Source: a virus
Reading direction: 5' to 3' (one strand)
Length of the DNA: 64,000 nucleotides
IMG/VR virus record: IMGVR_UViG_3300012929_000001
Shown here: piece after piece, positions 52,523-60,739 of the stretch
How positions within the stretch are numbered: position 1 is the first letter of the stretch
Layout of the letters: each line of letters starts with the position of its first letter
Program-made: the position numbers and the translations under genes
Notes under the pieces: model-generated
What the model was told of the DNA's origin: nothing
Seen by the model: the letters and a program-made list of their open reading frames with translations, nothing else
Database searches by the model: none

Positions 52523-54649
52523 TTATTTTCTGGCCGAAACCTTCACTTCGAACTCCTTGCACCATCCAGTCGGCATCACCAGCTTCAACCCGTCCCGCGT
52601 CTCCGGCACACGGGGATCGCGCTGCGTCTCTGCATCCGTGCAGATGCCCGTATCATAGTGCTCACAGTTCGAGCACTTCATTTCGCCGCTCGTAACGGGA
52701 ACATATTGCACGTCTGTCGGCGGCGTATAGGGGCGCTTACCCGCGCCCGGCTCCGCGAGCCACGCCCGCAAGCCCTGCTCGTCGGTCGCCGCGCCCGCGT
52801 ACCCAATAAGATTAAAATCGGTCATACGCCCGTAGTAAGCGCGGAACGCTGCCAGCGCCGCCTCGCGGTCAGTATAGCCTAGCATGCACTTATGCTCGTT
52901 GAACTTCCCCGTCGCCCGCTCATAGGCGTCGACGACAAAAATCCGCCCGTCAGCCACGTCCGGCCCGACAAAACAGTCAATCTGCGCCGCGTCCGCGCCG
53001 TCCGTGCGACGAATGTAACCGTAATCAGCGGGCAAATTAACTCCGTAGCGTGACTCGCCTTTAATGTGCTCAATGACGACCGGAAAGCCCATCACCCTGC
53101 GGTCGCCTAACATTGCGTCTTTTGTGCGCCTGCGATCTTTCGACTTGGCTTTCTTCTTGGCTGCCGTTTCCGGCTCGGGCGGCTCATCCTGACGATCCTG
53201 ATCGCGATCGGCGTGTTCCATAGATTGTTCTTGTTGTTGCAAAGCAGCTGCTTCCGCCGCACCGGGCGGGGGCGCTAACTTGGCCCGTGCAATGTCCTCG
53301 TCGGAAATATTCGAGAAGATGCCAGTAACACGCGACGACTGTCGTAATTCTTTTAACGCCGTCTCCTTGGACGTAATGCCCGCCTGGTCCACCTGCGTCA
53401 CGGCGGCAGCCACCTGCCCGGCGAGCGCCGCCTTCTCCGAACTGTTCATGATCCATAGCGGCTTAAACTCCACGGTGAACGAATCGTTTAGCTTAATCCC
53501 CTCGCTCGCTGCAATGCAACGGTAGATACGCACGACGGGCGTGTACAGATGACGGTTCTGTTGTTGTGTAATGCCGTCGTAATACATCCGCAGGTCCGAC
53601 TCTCCGGTAGAGTTCAGACCTGCGGGCGATTGGCCGAACAACCGCACGAGGGGAATCTGGAGTGCCCCGCTTAACTGCTGGCCAAATTGCAACAACGCAT
53701 CGCTAAGTCCAGCAAAAGCTCCGTGCGTTTGCGCTTCGAACTCATCCGTCGCGTCCAACAGCGTTATACCTTCGATGTTCTGAAAGCGGGTCATCATCTG
53801 CACGTACTTTAGCAGACCCGCTTCGGCCGCGCCCCCAGTGGCAATAATTTCGCGCAGCTTGTCTATTTTATACGTACGCAAGTACGACTTGTAAACTAGC
53901 TGCGCGGCACCCGTAGTAGCGGAGTCGAAGGCGATCATGCGGTCGTACAGCCGTTCTAGAACAGAAATGCCCCAGAAATTCTCCTGCACCTTTTGCCAAT
54001 AGGGCAAGCGCACGCCTTCTAGCCGCAAACAACGGGAATAATGAATTTTCATGCGCCGCAACGCCGGAGCGTCCGCAACAACGCGGTAATACTTGGGCAG
54101 CCCCATGTCTGGCCCGGGCTCCGTGACCAAGGTCTCCATCGACGGCTCAATCATCCAGCGGTCTAACACCATCAATCCGCGAAACTGCCCCTTCGATACC
54201 GTATCTAGGCGCAATGGCGTTTCCGGCAGCTGTCCGTCGATCAGCATAACGGCGATGCAGCCGCCGTAAAGCCGGGACCACTTTACCGTTTCGTTGATCA
54301 TGCCCCAAACGTCAAAGGTCGTAGCTACACGTTGTAGCTGCTCGATCTGCTTGGGCTCCAGGTCGCCCTTCAACTCGACGCCCTGCTTGGTCATATCGTC
54401 GGCGACCACGTCAATGGCGATACCGCCGAGCCAGGAGCCGCGATGAATCCATTCCAGCAGCGTGCGGACGCGGGTGATGGGGTTGTAGCCGTAGGAGCCA
54501 CCGCTGCTGATATTGTCCGTGCCGAGGCCGAGCTTGGCCGCGAAGTTCTGGAACGAGTCCAGGGTCTTGCGCGTGGCGGCGGCCCGCGCCTTCTTGTCGG
54601 CGGTCTTGGCACGCTGGGCGGCTTGTAGGGCGGAGACAGGGCGGGGCAT
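52523..54649 (-). CDS. Portal protein (DUF1073-like) with a ~200-aa C-terminal extension
   Basis: N-terminal 2/3 (GTDNISSGGSYGYNPITR...WIHRGSWLGGIAIDV...) matches the DUF1073 portal type. The extension follows a charged linker. Confidence 0.8.
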   Translation of the reverse strand: MPRPVSALQAAQRAKTADKKARAAATRKTLDSFQNFAAKLGLGTDNISSGGSYGYNPITRVRTLLEWIHRGSWLGGIAIDVVADDMTKQGVELKGDLEPKQIEQLQRVATTFDVWGMINETVKWSRLYGGCIAVMLIDGQLPETPLRLDTVSKGQFRGLMVLDRWMIEPSMETLVTEPGPDMGLPKYYRVVADAPALRRMKIHYSRCLRLEGVRLPYWQKVQENFWGISVLERLYDRMIAFDSATTGAAQLVYKSYLRTYKIDKLREIIATGGAAEAGLLKYVQMMTRFQNIEGITLLDATDEFEAQTHGAFAGLSDALLQFGQQLSGALQIPLVRLFGQSPAGLNSTGESDLRMYYDGITQQQNRHLYTPVVRIYRCIAASEGIKLNDSFTVEFKPLWIMNSSEKAALAGQVAAAVTQVDQAGITSKETALKELRQSSRVTGIFSNISDEDIARAKLAPPPGAAEAAALQQQEQSMEHADRDQDRQDEPPEPETAAKKKAKSKDRRRTKDAMLGDRRVMGFPVVIEHIKGESRYGVNLPADYGYIRRTDGADAAQIDCFVGPDVADGRIFVVDAYERATGKFNEHKCMLGYTDREAALAAFRAYYGRMTDFNLIGYAGAATDEQGLRAWLAEPGAGKRPYTPPTDVQYVPVTSGEMKCSNCEHYDTGICTDAETQRDPRVPETRDGLKLVMPTGWCKEFEVKVSARK

Positions 54650-55705
54650 CTATGCTTGTGAGTGGTGAATGTGTTCCAAAGCTTCCTGTTTACTATTGTG
54701 CGTAATTACTTCTGATCCATTTTTGCCCTTAGGACCAATCGTTTTCCACTGCCCACCACTGGTACCAGCACCTTCGTGAAGCTGGTGTGGTCGCTTTTCT
54801 CCTACCGTACTATGGTGATACCAACGTGAACCCGGTTTTTCTGCATCCCGCGCTTGCGTCGATGCATCCTGTGCCATGCCCTTGTGATTGCCGCCGTAGA
54901 ACTTCTCGTTCGCCTCGTTTACGTCGTGTATGCTCTTGTCGGTGGCGGAGATGTAGCCAGCGTCGCCTAAATTTTCTTTGACAATAGCAGCAGCGTGTTT
55001 GTGAATTTTAGGACTAACCTTTCCGACCGACTTACCTGTGTGTGCTTGCTGCATACGAGAACCCAACGCCTTCACAGCCTTATTCACTCCAGATGCGCCT
55101 GTTGGCTCTCCCGTTTTCTGCATAACACGAGTTAAAACCCGCTCACCATGTGCTTCTCCAGCATTCGGAAATTTCTCACTATTAGCAAGTTTACGTTGCG
55201 CCCTTTGTTGCGGTGTGCTATCCTTTTCGTCATGTTGTGACACCGTCTGCCCACCGCGCTGCAACTCCTGCGAATTGCCGGCCTTGGGGTGGCGGACGTC
55301 CTGCCCGAGCGCCTTCTTTCCGTACCGTGCCGCCGTGCGTGCGTACTGCCCAGCCACGCTGGCAGCACCTTCGCTGGCGGCTTGTTTAGCCTTAGCTCCA
55401 ACCCGTTCAGCCTCTTGTTTATTAGCTCCTGTGTTGCCGGCCCGCGCATCCTGCCCGAGCGCTTTCTTGCCCAACGTCGCGGCCATTCGCGCTTTGCTAC
55501 CAGCAGCGTTCGGAGCATTGCCACGTTTTGCTAAAGTAGCTGCTAAAGAGCCAATCTGTTCGGCCTCTTTTCCGTAAGCAGCTTTCGCCTCTGCGCTTTG
55601 TGAATATTTTTCGGCGTCCCGCGTAACGGTAGGCTGCCCGTGGAATTTGCGTTGCGCGTCGTTAACAGCTGCGAGCGTAGTCTTGGGTTGCGTTGCGAAA
55701 CTCAT
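54650..55705 (-). CDS. Low-complexity Ala/Lys/Gln-rich protein with an internal duplication
   Basis: AATLGKKALGQDAR and AARYGKKALGQDVR repeat. Located between the terminase-side genes and the portal gene. Confidence 0.5.
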   Translation of the reverse strand: MSFATQPKTTLAAVNDAQRKFHGQPTVTRDAEKYSQSAEAKAAYGKEAEQIGSLAATLAKRGNAPNAAGSKARMAATLGKKALGQDARAGNTGANKQEAERVGAKAKQAASEGAASVAGQYARTAARYGKKALGQDVRHPKAGNSQELQRGGQTVSQHDEKDSTPQQRAQRKLANSEKFPNAGEAHGERVLTRVMQKTGEPTGASGVNKAVKALGSRMQQAHTGKSVGKVSPKIHKHAAAIVKENLGDAGYISATDKSIHDVNEANEKFYGGNHKGMAQDASTQARDAEKPGSRWYHHSTVGEKRPHQLHEGAGTSGGQWKTIGPKGKNGSEVITHNSKQEALEHIHHSQA

Positions 55706-55983
55706 ATGGTTACTCTCCTTTTTCGAGCTGCACGCTCACGTTCAAGGAAAATGCCTATCACGACCCCATAGTTCATGCCGAGCGCGAGCACGTTTACGGG
55801 ATCGTACCCCTGGTGCACAGCCTCCTGCGCCGCCTCTGAGAGCAGCGCTTTAGCCGCCCGGCTGGTGAGTAGCTCCTGGTGGATCATTTGGAACAGATCG
55901 CCCCGCTCCGCGCCATACGCGCCACGCAAATACTCGGCGATTACACCATTCACATCGTGCTCGAGTTTTAGAACTTCGGGCAT
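55702..55983 (-). CDS. Hypothetical protein
   Basis: 93-aa ORF, ATGA-type coupling to the downstream gene. Confidence 0.45.
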   Translation of the reverse strand: MPEVLKLEHDVNGVIAEYLRGAYGAERGDLFQMIHQELLTSRAAKALLSEAAQEAVHQGYDPVNVLALGMNYGVVIGIFLERERAARKRRVTI

Positions 55984-55989
55984 CGGGTG

Positions 55990-56427
55990 CTACTCCACAC
56001 CACTGCCGGAACTGATGCGTTGGCGTTGAACGCAGGTGCCCTTGTAACAGTTTCCCCTTTGCGTATCCATGGTCTCGCTGGCATTGCTACCCCCGCTGTT
56101 AAACGAACCCGTTAGCACACCGTACATGTTTGTACCCGTAAAGGTTCCCGAGAATTTTCCGGCGAAGTCCTTATAGGTTACCGTCCCGCCATCGGCGCGG
56201 GTGATCAGCACTTCCCCGGCCTTAAAGCTGTTATCCGGCTGGAGCGTAAACCAGAAGCCAATCCATCCCACTTGCACACCTTTTTCGAACAGCGGCGCAC
56301 TCGAACAATAGCGAGAGTGGAAAGTCAAGTTGTAGGAGCACACGGCGACTCCGTTAGTAAACGAAGTTTGCGCGTGCGCTACGAAATTAAACAGCGCCAA
56401 GAACACGAGAAGAAACAGTTTTCGCAT
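55990..56427 (-). CDS. Small secreted protein
   Basis: Signal peptide MRKLFLLVFLALFNFVAHAQT. Beta-rich mature part containing 4 Cys. Confidence 0.55.
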   Translation of the reverse strand: MRKLFLLVFLALFNFVAHAQTSFTNGVAVCSYNLTFHSRYCSSAPLFEKGVQVGWIGFWFTLQPDNSFKAGEVLITRADGGTVTYKDFAGKFSGTFTGTNMYGVLTGSFNSGGSNASETMDTQRGNCYKGTCVQRQRISSGSGVE

Positions 56428-56493
56428 TACAGTCTACCTTTCCGCTTTTCGTACAAAATGCAAACCACGAAGAACATAACCACGAGCGCAACA

Positions 56494-56685
56494 CTACCTT
56501 TCCGCAGCGATTTCCCCGATCTTCCGCACCAACTCCGTCCAACTCACGTTCGGGTCGACATGCAGTATGTCGAACTCGTCGAGACGCATATCATTGAGGT
56601 TAATGCGCACGTGGTAGTCAGCCCCGTGCCCTGCGCCCGGATCGTTAGTACGGATGGCTGTGATGACAAACGTAGGACGATCCAT
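56494..56685 (-). CDS. Small hypothetical protein
   Basis: ATG at 56685 overlaps the TerL stop (TAATG). Confidence 0.4.
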   Translation of the reverse strand: MDRPTFVITAIRTNDPGAGHGADYHVRINLNDMRLDEFDILHVDPNVSWTELVRKIGEIAAER

Positions 56686-58229
56686 TATTGCCCCAGCTTC
56701 GCCCACATCTCCAAAGCCGCTATTCCTGCTCCGAGATAGATTGCCGCCTGCGTCATCATATCGACCATATCATCAAACGCCGCCGTGGGGAACTGTGTAA
56801 TCTGCGCGATAAAGGGCTCCGTCCACGCCGCCGTACGATCTACGTACCAATCGTGCGCTTGCCACTCCGGCGCTGCCGCAAACATACGTGCTATCTTTCC
56901 GCCTTGCGGCTCAATAGCTATGATACCGGTAAGATCCTGTTGAAGCTTAGAAATTACAGCCGGGCCGTTAGCCTTGTCCTCTACGATTACTGCCGTAGCC
57001 TGCCACTTCTCCTTCATACGGCGTATTGCTAACTCCGTACCCGTAACATCGAGATGCTCGTTAATTACCTCCAACACAAAACGCTTCCGCCCGCGCGTCC
57101 CTATAGCACCCATAGCCACGTAGTCCGAGGTCTTAAGGTCTTTAAACGAACAGTCGACCGATACAATAACACGGTCGAAAAACTCACCATGTTTAGCATC
57201 AGGCAACGCTTCGTCCAACGCCCCAGTAAGCGGATCGCGTCCGCCGTAGTACATAACGTCAGCACGCTTAATCAAATTGCCTTCCAGCGGAGCCGGGCGC
57301 TGCTGATACTGACCGGAGAAGACCAAGCGGTTACGCTTTTTCTCCTCTACAATCTCGGGCGGGAAACGGTCAGGTTGCAGCACGTCGCCCTTTTTGCGCG
57401 TTACTACACGCTTCGATATAGGAAACTCCCAACGTTCATCCTTCTCCGCGATAAGCGGAATTTCGATCTTCTTCCACAGACCTTTCTCTTCTTCCGTAAC
57501 GAAGCCCGTAGTGTCGAGCTCGTGCAGACGCTGCATAATGATAATGATCGATGCCGTAGCGGGGTTATTAAGTCGCTGCTTAAGTGTGTGGTTAACCCAA
57601 CGATTCGCCGACAAACGCTCGACGTCCGAAAGCGACATCTCCGAAGACATCGGATCGTCGAGAATCGCCGTATCACCGCCTTTACCTTCCGCGCCCGACC
57701 CGGTACTGGTGGCAATCATACGCCCGCGCTTGTCGTTATCGAACTGTGTAGTAAGGTTGCGATCAGCACTAAGCGAGAACCGATTACCCCAGAGCGCCCG
57801 ATACCAATCGCTCATTAACAGGTTGCGCCGCGCTACACTGTGGTCCGTACTAAGCGCAAGACTGTGGCTCCCACACAGAAACTCGTGCTTCGGATCGGTG
57901 GTCCAAACCCAACACGGAAACGACATTACGCCCAATGTAGACTTAGCCGTGCGCGGGGGGACATTAATGATAAGCCGACGGCACTTCCGCTGCCGCACCT
58001 GCATAAGATGCTCACAAAGTAAGTCATAATGCCACGACCAAGTAAGCTCTCGTCCGGGGTTGTAGAACTTCCACGCTTCCCTAAAGAATAGCGATAGGTC
58101 TTGTTCCATATCACTAACAATACGCAACGACTCACGCTGCTCCACGAGCCGCGCAATCTCGGCCACTTCCCACGGGCGAGCCGTGGCGATTAGAGCGTGC
58201 AGGTCGAGCGTGGAGAGTTGTGTACTCAT
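56685..58229 (-). CDS. terL: Terminase large subunit
   Basis: Walker A-like PPRTAKST, Walker B ILDDP, C-terminal RNaseH-like nuclease motifs (VSVDCSFK, VIVEDKANG). Confidence 0.85.
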   Translation of the reverse strand: MSTQLSTLDLHALIATARPWEVAEIARLVEQRESLRIVSDMEQDLSLFFREAWKFYNPGRELTWSWHYDLLCEHLMQVRQRKCRRLIINVPPRTAKSTLGVMSFPCWVWTTDPKHEFLCGSHSLALSTDHSVARRNLLMSDWYRALWGNRFSLSADRNLTTQFDNDKRGRMIATSTGSGAEGKGGDTAILDDPMSSEMSLSDVERLSANRWVNHTLKQRLNNPATASIIIIMQRLHELDTTGFVTEEEKGLWKKIEIPLIAEKDERWEFPISKRVVTRKKGDVLQPDRFPPEIVEEKKRNRLVFSGQYQQRPAPLEGNLIKRADVMYYGGRDPLTGALDEALPDAKHGEFFDRVIVSVDCSFKDLKTSDYVAMGAIGTRGRKRFVLEVINEHLDVTGTELAIRRMKEKWQATAVIVEDKANGPAVISKLQQDLTGIIAIEPQGGKIARMFAAAPEWQAHDWYVDRTAAWTEPFIAQITQFPTAAFDDMVDMMTQAAIYLGAGIAALEMWAKLGQ

Positions 58230-58346
58230 CTAATTAGCAAGCGCCTTTCGATGACAAACACAATTACACTTGCTCGGATTACTGCAATCAGCATGTGGTC
58301 CAGAAAAGAAACACTGCGGAGATAACCAAGTCTCCTCTTCTTTCAT
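58230..58346 (-). CDS. Micro-ORF encoding a 38-aa Cys-rich peptide
   Basis: MKEEETWLSPQCFFSGPHADCSNPSKCNCVCHRKALAN. Its stop abuts the TerL ATG. Confidence 0.25.
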   Translation of the reverse strand: MKEEETWLSPQCFFSGPHADCSNPSKCNCVCHRKALAN

Positions 58347-58378
58347 TAACTCTTCAAATGTTAACTGTGGCGTATCTT

Positions 58379-59161
58379 TCAATCCATCAACTCCCGCTGC
58401 CGCCGAGCGGCAATCTTAGCCAGTACACTCATAATCTGATCGTCGATACCTTCTACCGTCATCGTCAACGGTTTCCCGCCCGGCCCGCTGACCTCTAAGC
58501 GACCATTACCCACCAGCTTCTTAAACTCTAGGTAGAGACGAATGGCTGCGAGCTTATCATAGGGCTTATACTTACGCACCTGCCCGGAAGCCGCCGAGCT
58601 AGCCGAGTCAACTTCACCTTCTTCTTTTACTCCCAACGCCAAACCATACTCTTCTTCAACTTCTATATGCGCCAAAGCTAGTGCCGTTTCATCGTCAAGC
58701 GCATTAATGTCCTTACCTACCTTACGCGGATCGAAGTCAATAATGGCACCCAGCCGTTGCAGCAGCCACGCCGTCTCAGCATCAACCTTTTCCAACTGCT
58801 CGTTAAGCTGTTCGTCAATAGCACGCAACACAGCGGGGTGCCGCAGTAATTGCGACCCAGCAGTTGCGCCTACATAGCCTGCGTCTCGTGCCGTCTTACC
58901 GATAGCTCCTTTTTCGCCGGCAATCATACGAGGAACTACCGTAGCTGCAAAAGCTTCCTGTCGAGGGGTAAGATCGTTTTCCGGGTTCTTCTTAAATAGA
59001 GGATTCGGCGGCTTCGCAATACGTCGCGTGCGGAGCCCGTGGGGCGTAGCGATTACTTCTTCGTGACGCTCACGAGGAACCCGCTTACGAGTACTACCAT
59101 CGCGTGAGACTGCCGTCTCTAGTGCCAGCACCTTACGCGGTTTGCGTTTCTTCGCCGGCAT
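58379..59161 (-). CDS. terS: Terminase small subunit
   Basis: LTPRQEAFAATVV...KTARDAGYVGATAGSQLLRHPAVLRAI resembles the Terminase_2 HTH region. Located upstream of terL. Confidence 0.7.
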   Translation of the reverse strand: MPAKKRKPRKVLALETAVSRDGSTRKRVPRERHEEVIATPHGLRTRRIAKPPNPLFKKNPENDLTPRQEAFAATVVPRMIAGEKGAIGKTARDAGYVGATAGSQLLRHPAVLRAIDEQLNEQLEKVDAETAWLLQRLGAIIDFDPRKVGKDINALDDETALALAHIEVEEEYGLALGVKEEGEVDSASSAASGQVRKYKPYDKLAAIRLYLEFKKLVGNGRLEVSGPGGKPLTMTVEGIDDQIMSVLAKIAARRQRELMD

Positions 59162-59163
59162 AG

Positions 59164-59241
59164 CTAAAAGCGCCGCCGTCCGTAGTAAGCAGCGAACAGC
59201 GCCAGTAAAACAAAAGCAATTAGGTAATACTTCGGAGTCAT
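59164..59241 (-). CDS. Micro-ORF encoding a 25-aa hydrophobic peptide
   Basis: MTPKYYLIAFVLLALFAAYYGRRRF. ATGA-coupled to the upstream ORF and ends 3 nt before the terS ATG. Confidence 0.3.
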   Translation of the reverse strand: MTPKYYLIAFVLLALFAAYYGRRRF

Positions 59242-59702
59242 ACTGGCAACACTACTCGATGGGAGTTCCAAAGCGTACGCCGTAACACGTCGCCGTTCGA
59301 CTCCTGATAGCGAGCCGGATACGAGAGATCTAAATTCATAGGTTCGCGTGGCGGTAGTAACACGTGGGCTTCGGCAGCTCGGCGGTCGGCGGTAGCTACT
59401 ACAGCGTCGGCGGCGCGATAACGCTGCTTTACCGAAGCCCACGTTTCGACGGCGACCAGCACGATGCCGCGTCGAAGGTCTAAAAGGTCGAGGGGGGTAG
59501 CCGCCCGGTCGGCTACGAGCCTACCTGCAAAGACTGGAGCGGCCCGGTGGACTGTAGGGAGGAGCCCGGGTAAGAATACGGGTATGCGCGAACGACGGCG
59601 AATTTGGGGCTGTTCAGGGCCACTCTTGGATTGAGTACCGGGTGCGAGACTTACGCCTCTAGCGCGGAATCCTGTTCCGCCAGTTGTAGTGTTAGCTAAC
59701 AA
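59238..59702 (-). CDS. Hypothetical first ORF of the late operon (start uncertain)
   Basis: Open frame with only a TTG at its 5' end and Arg-rich composition. It may be shorter or non-coding. Confidence 0.3.
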   Translation of the reverse strand: MLANTTTGGTGFRARGVSLAPGTQSKSGPEQPQIRRRSRIPVFLPGLLPTVHRAAPVFAGRLVADRAATPLDLLDLRRGIVLVAVETWASVKQRYRAADAVVATADRRAAEAHVLLPPREPMNLDLSYPARYQESNGDVLRRTLWNSHRVVLPV

Positions 59703-59889
59703 AGTTAAAGCTACTCAGCTAAACATACATCTACGCGGGGGAGTGTCCGGTGGGCGCTCTCACACACCCACCGAACTGCTCGTTCAACCAGCCACAACTA
59801 ACCAGCCGTTCGGGTACGTTGGATAGAACTCTACGGTAGAAAAATCTAAAAGTAAACGCCTTTTTTACGACATTGTTTTAGACCACATC

Positions 59890-59950
59890 GGTTACGCAAG
59901 TTACGCGAGGCCTGCTCGGCGGGCGATGATAGGGGAAAAGTGCGTAACCG
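59890..59950. repeat. GTTACGC repeat cluster A (two direct copies plus one inverted copy)
   Basis: GGTTACGCAAGTTACGCG at 59890-59907 and the inverted GCGTAACC at 59942-59949. Confidence 0.5.
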
Positions 59951-60023
59951 TGTCTGAATGAAAGCGAAAAACGTGTTTGGATCGATAAAATAGATGGTTA
60001 GCAAATCCTATTACAACACAACA

Positions 60024-60147
60024 GGTTACGCAGTTACGGTTACGTCCTTCCAAACCTATATTGTCCTATGTACCCCTTTAAAATTATAATATTCGGTAGT
60101 AGTCCATAGAGTATAGGTTTTAGTCCGCGTAACCGTAACCGCGTAAC
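60024..60147. repeat. ~123-bp interrupted palindrome built from triple GTTACG repeats flanking an AT-rich core (candidate origin or operator)
   Basis: GGTTACGCAGTTACGGTTACG (60024-60044) is mirrored by CGCGTAACCGTAACCGCGTAAC (60126-60147), with 1 mismatch over 20 nt. The inner arms AAACCTATA (60052-60060) and TATAGGTTT (60112-60120) share the same centre, ~60086, inside AAAATTATAATATT. Confidence 0.7.
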
Positions 60148-60322
60148 TTGTAGAAATACGAACTCAAGTCTTTATCGATATGTAAAGCACTCAACAGATA
60201 AGTTACCTAGTATTTTATCGAGTCCGCGGAACTAGAAAAATAAGCCTTTACTTTTTTATAAAACCCGCGTATACCTACCTCCCTAGCTCGAACCCGAGAA
60301 AAAAGCGCTCCCAGGAGATTAC

Positions 60323-60703
60323 ATGGTAGTATCAACTGACGTACCAGAAGAAATAATGCGAAAGATCGATGCCCTTATAAAAGGTGGTGAACCCCCCGTC
60401 TGGCCCTTCAAGACTCGAACAGTAATTCCGGCTGGTTTACCGCCCGTCGAAAAACGGAAGCTCGACGCCTTTCTTAAAGCTAAGGCTGAATTCGACAAAG
60501 CTGAGTGCGACGCCTCCGCGCTACGCTCCCGCTCTGCCGTATTACGTATGATTTTAATGGCGTATTTTAAGTACACCGCGCCTAAAAAACCCTCGGTTAC
60601 ACCCACTGCTGTATACCAACGGCAGCGTCGAAAACGGCACAACGAGGCCATGACAAGAAATCTTACCGTTGTTCCTATTTCTACGTCCGCAGAACAAATC
60701 TAA
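60323..60703 (+). CDS. Putative ribbon-helix-helix (CopG/Arc-like) DNA-binding protein
   Basis: AGGAG RBS. RSRSAVLRMILMAYF resembles the RHH helix motif (SRSefiR.al). It is the first gene downstream of the repeat region. Confidence 0.45.
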   Translation: MVVSTDVPEEIMRKIDALIKGGEPPVWPFKTRTVIPAGLPPVEKRKLDAFLKAKAEFDKAECDASALRSRSAVLRMILMAYFKYTAPKKPSVTPTAVYQRQRRKRHNEAMTRNLTVVPISTSAEQI

Positions 60704-60739
60704 GCCCTCCACCAAAAGAAAGCGTGGTAATAAGTACGA

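Noticed and set aside
59703-60322. AT-rich intergenic region examined for a tRNA gene or an attP core
   Set aside because: No cloverleaf-compatible stems or conserved T-loop (GTTCRANNC) were seen. No integrase is present. The repeats fit an origin or operator better.
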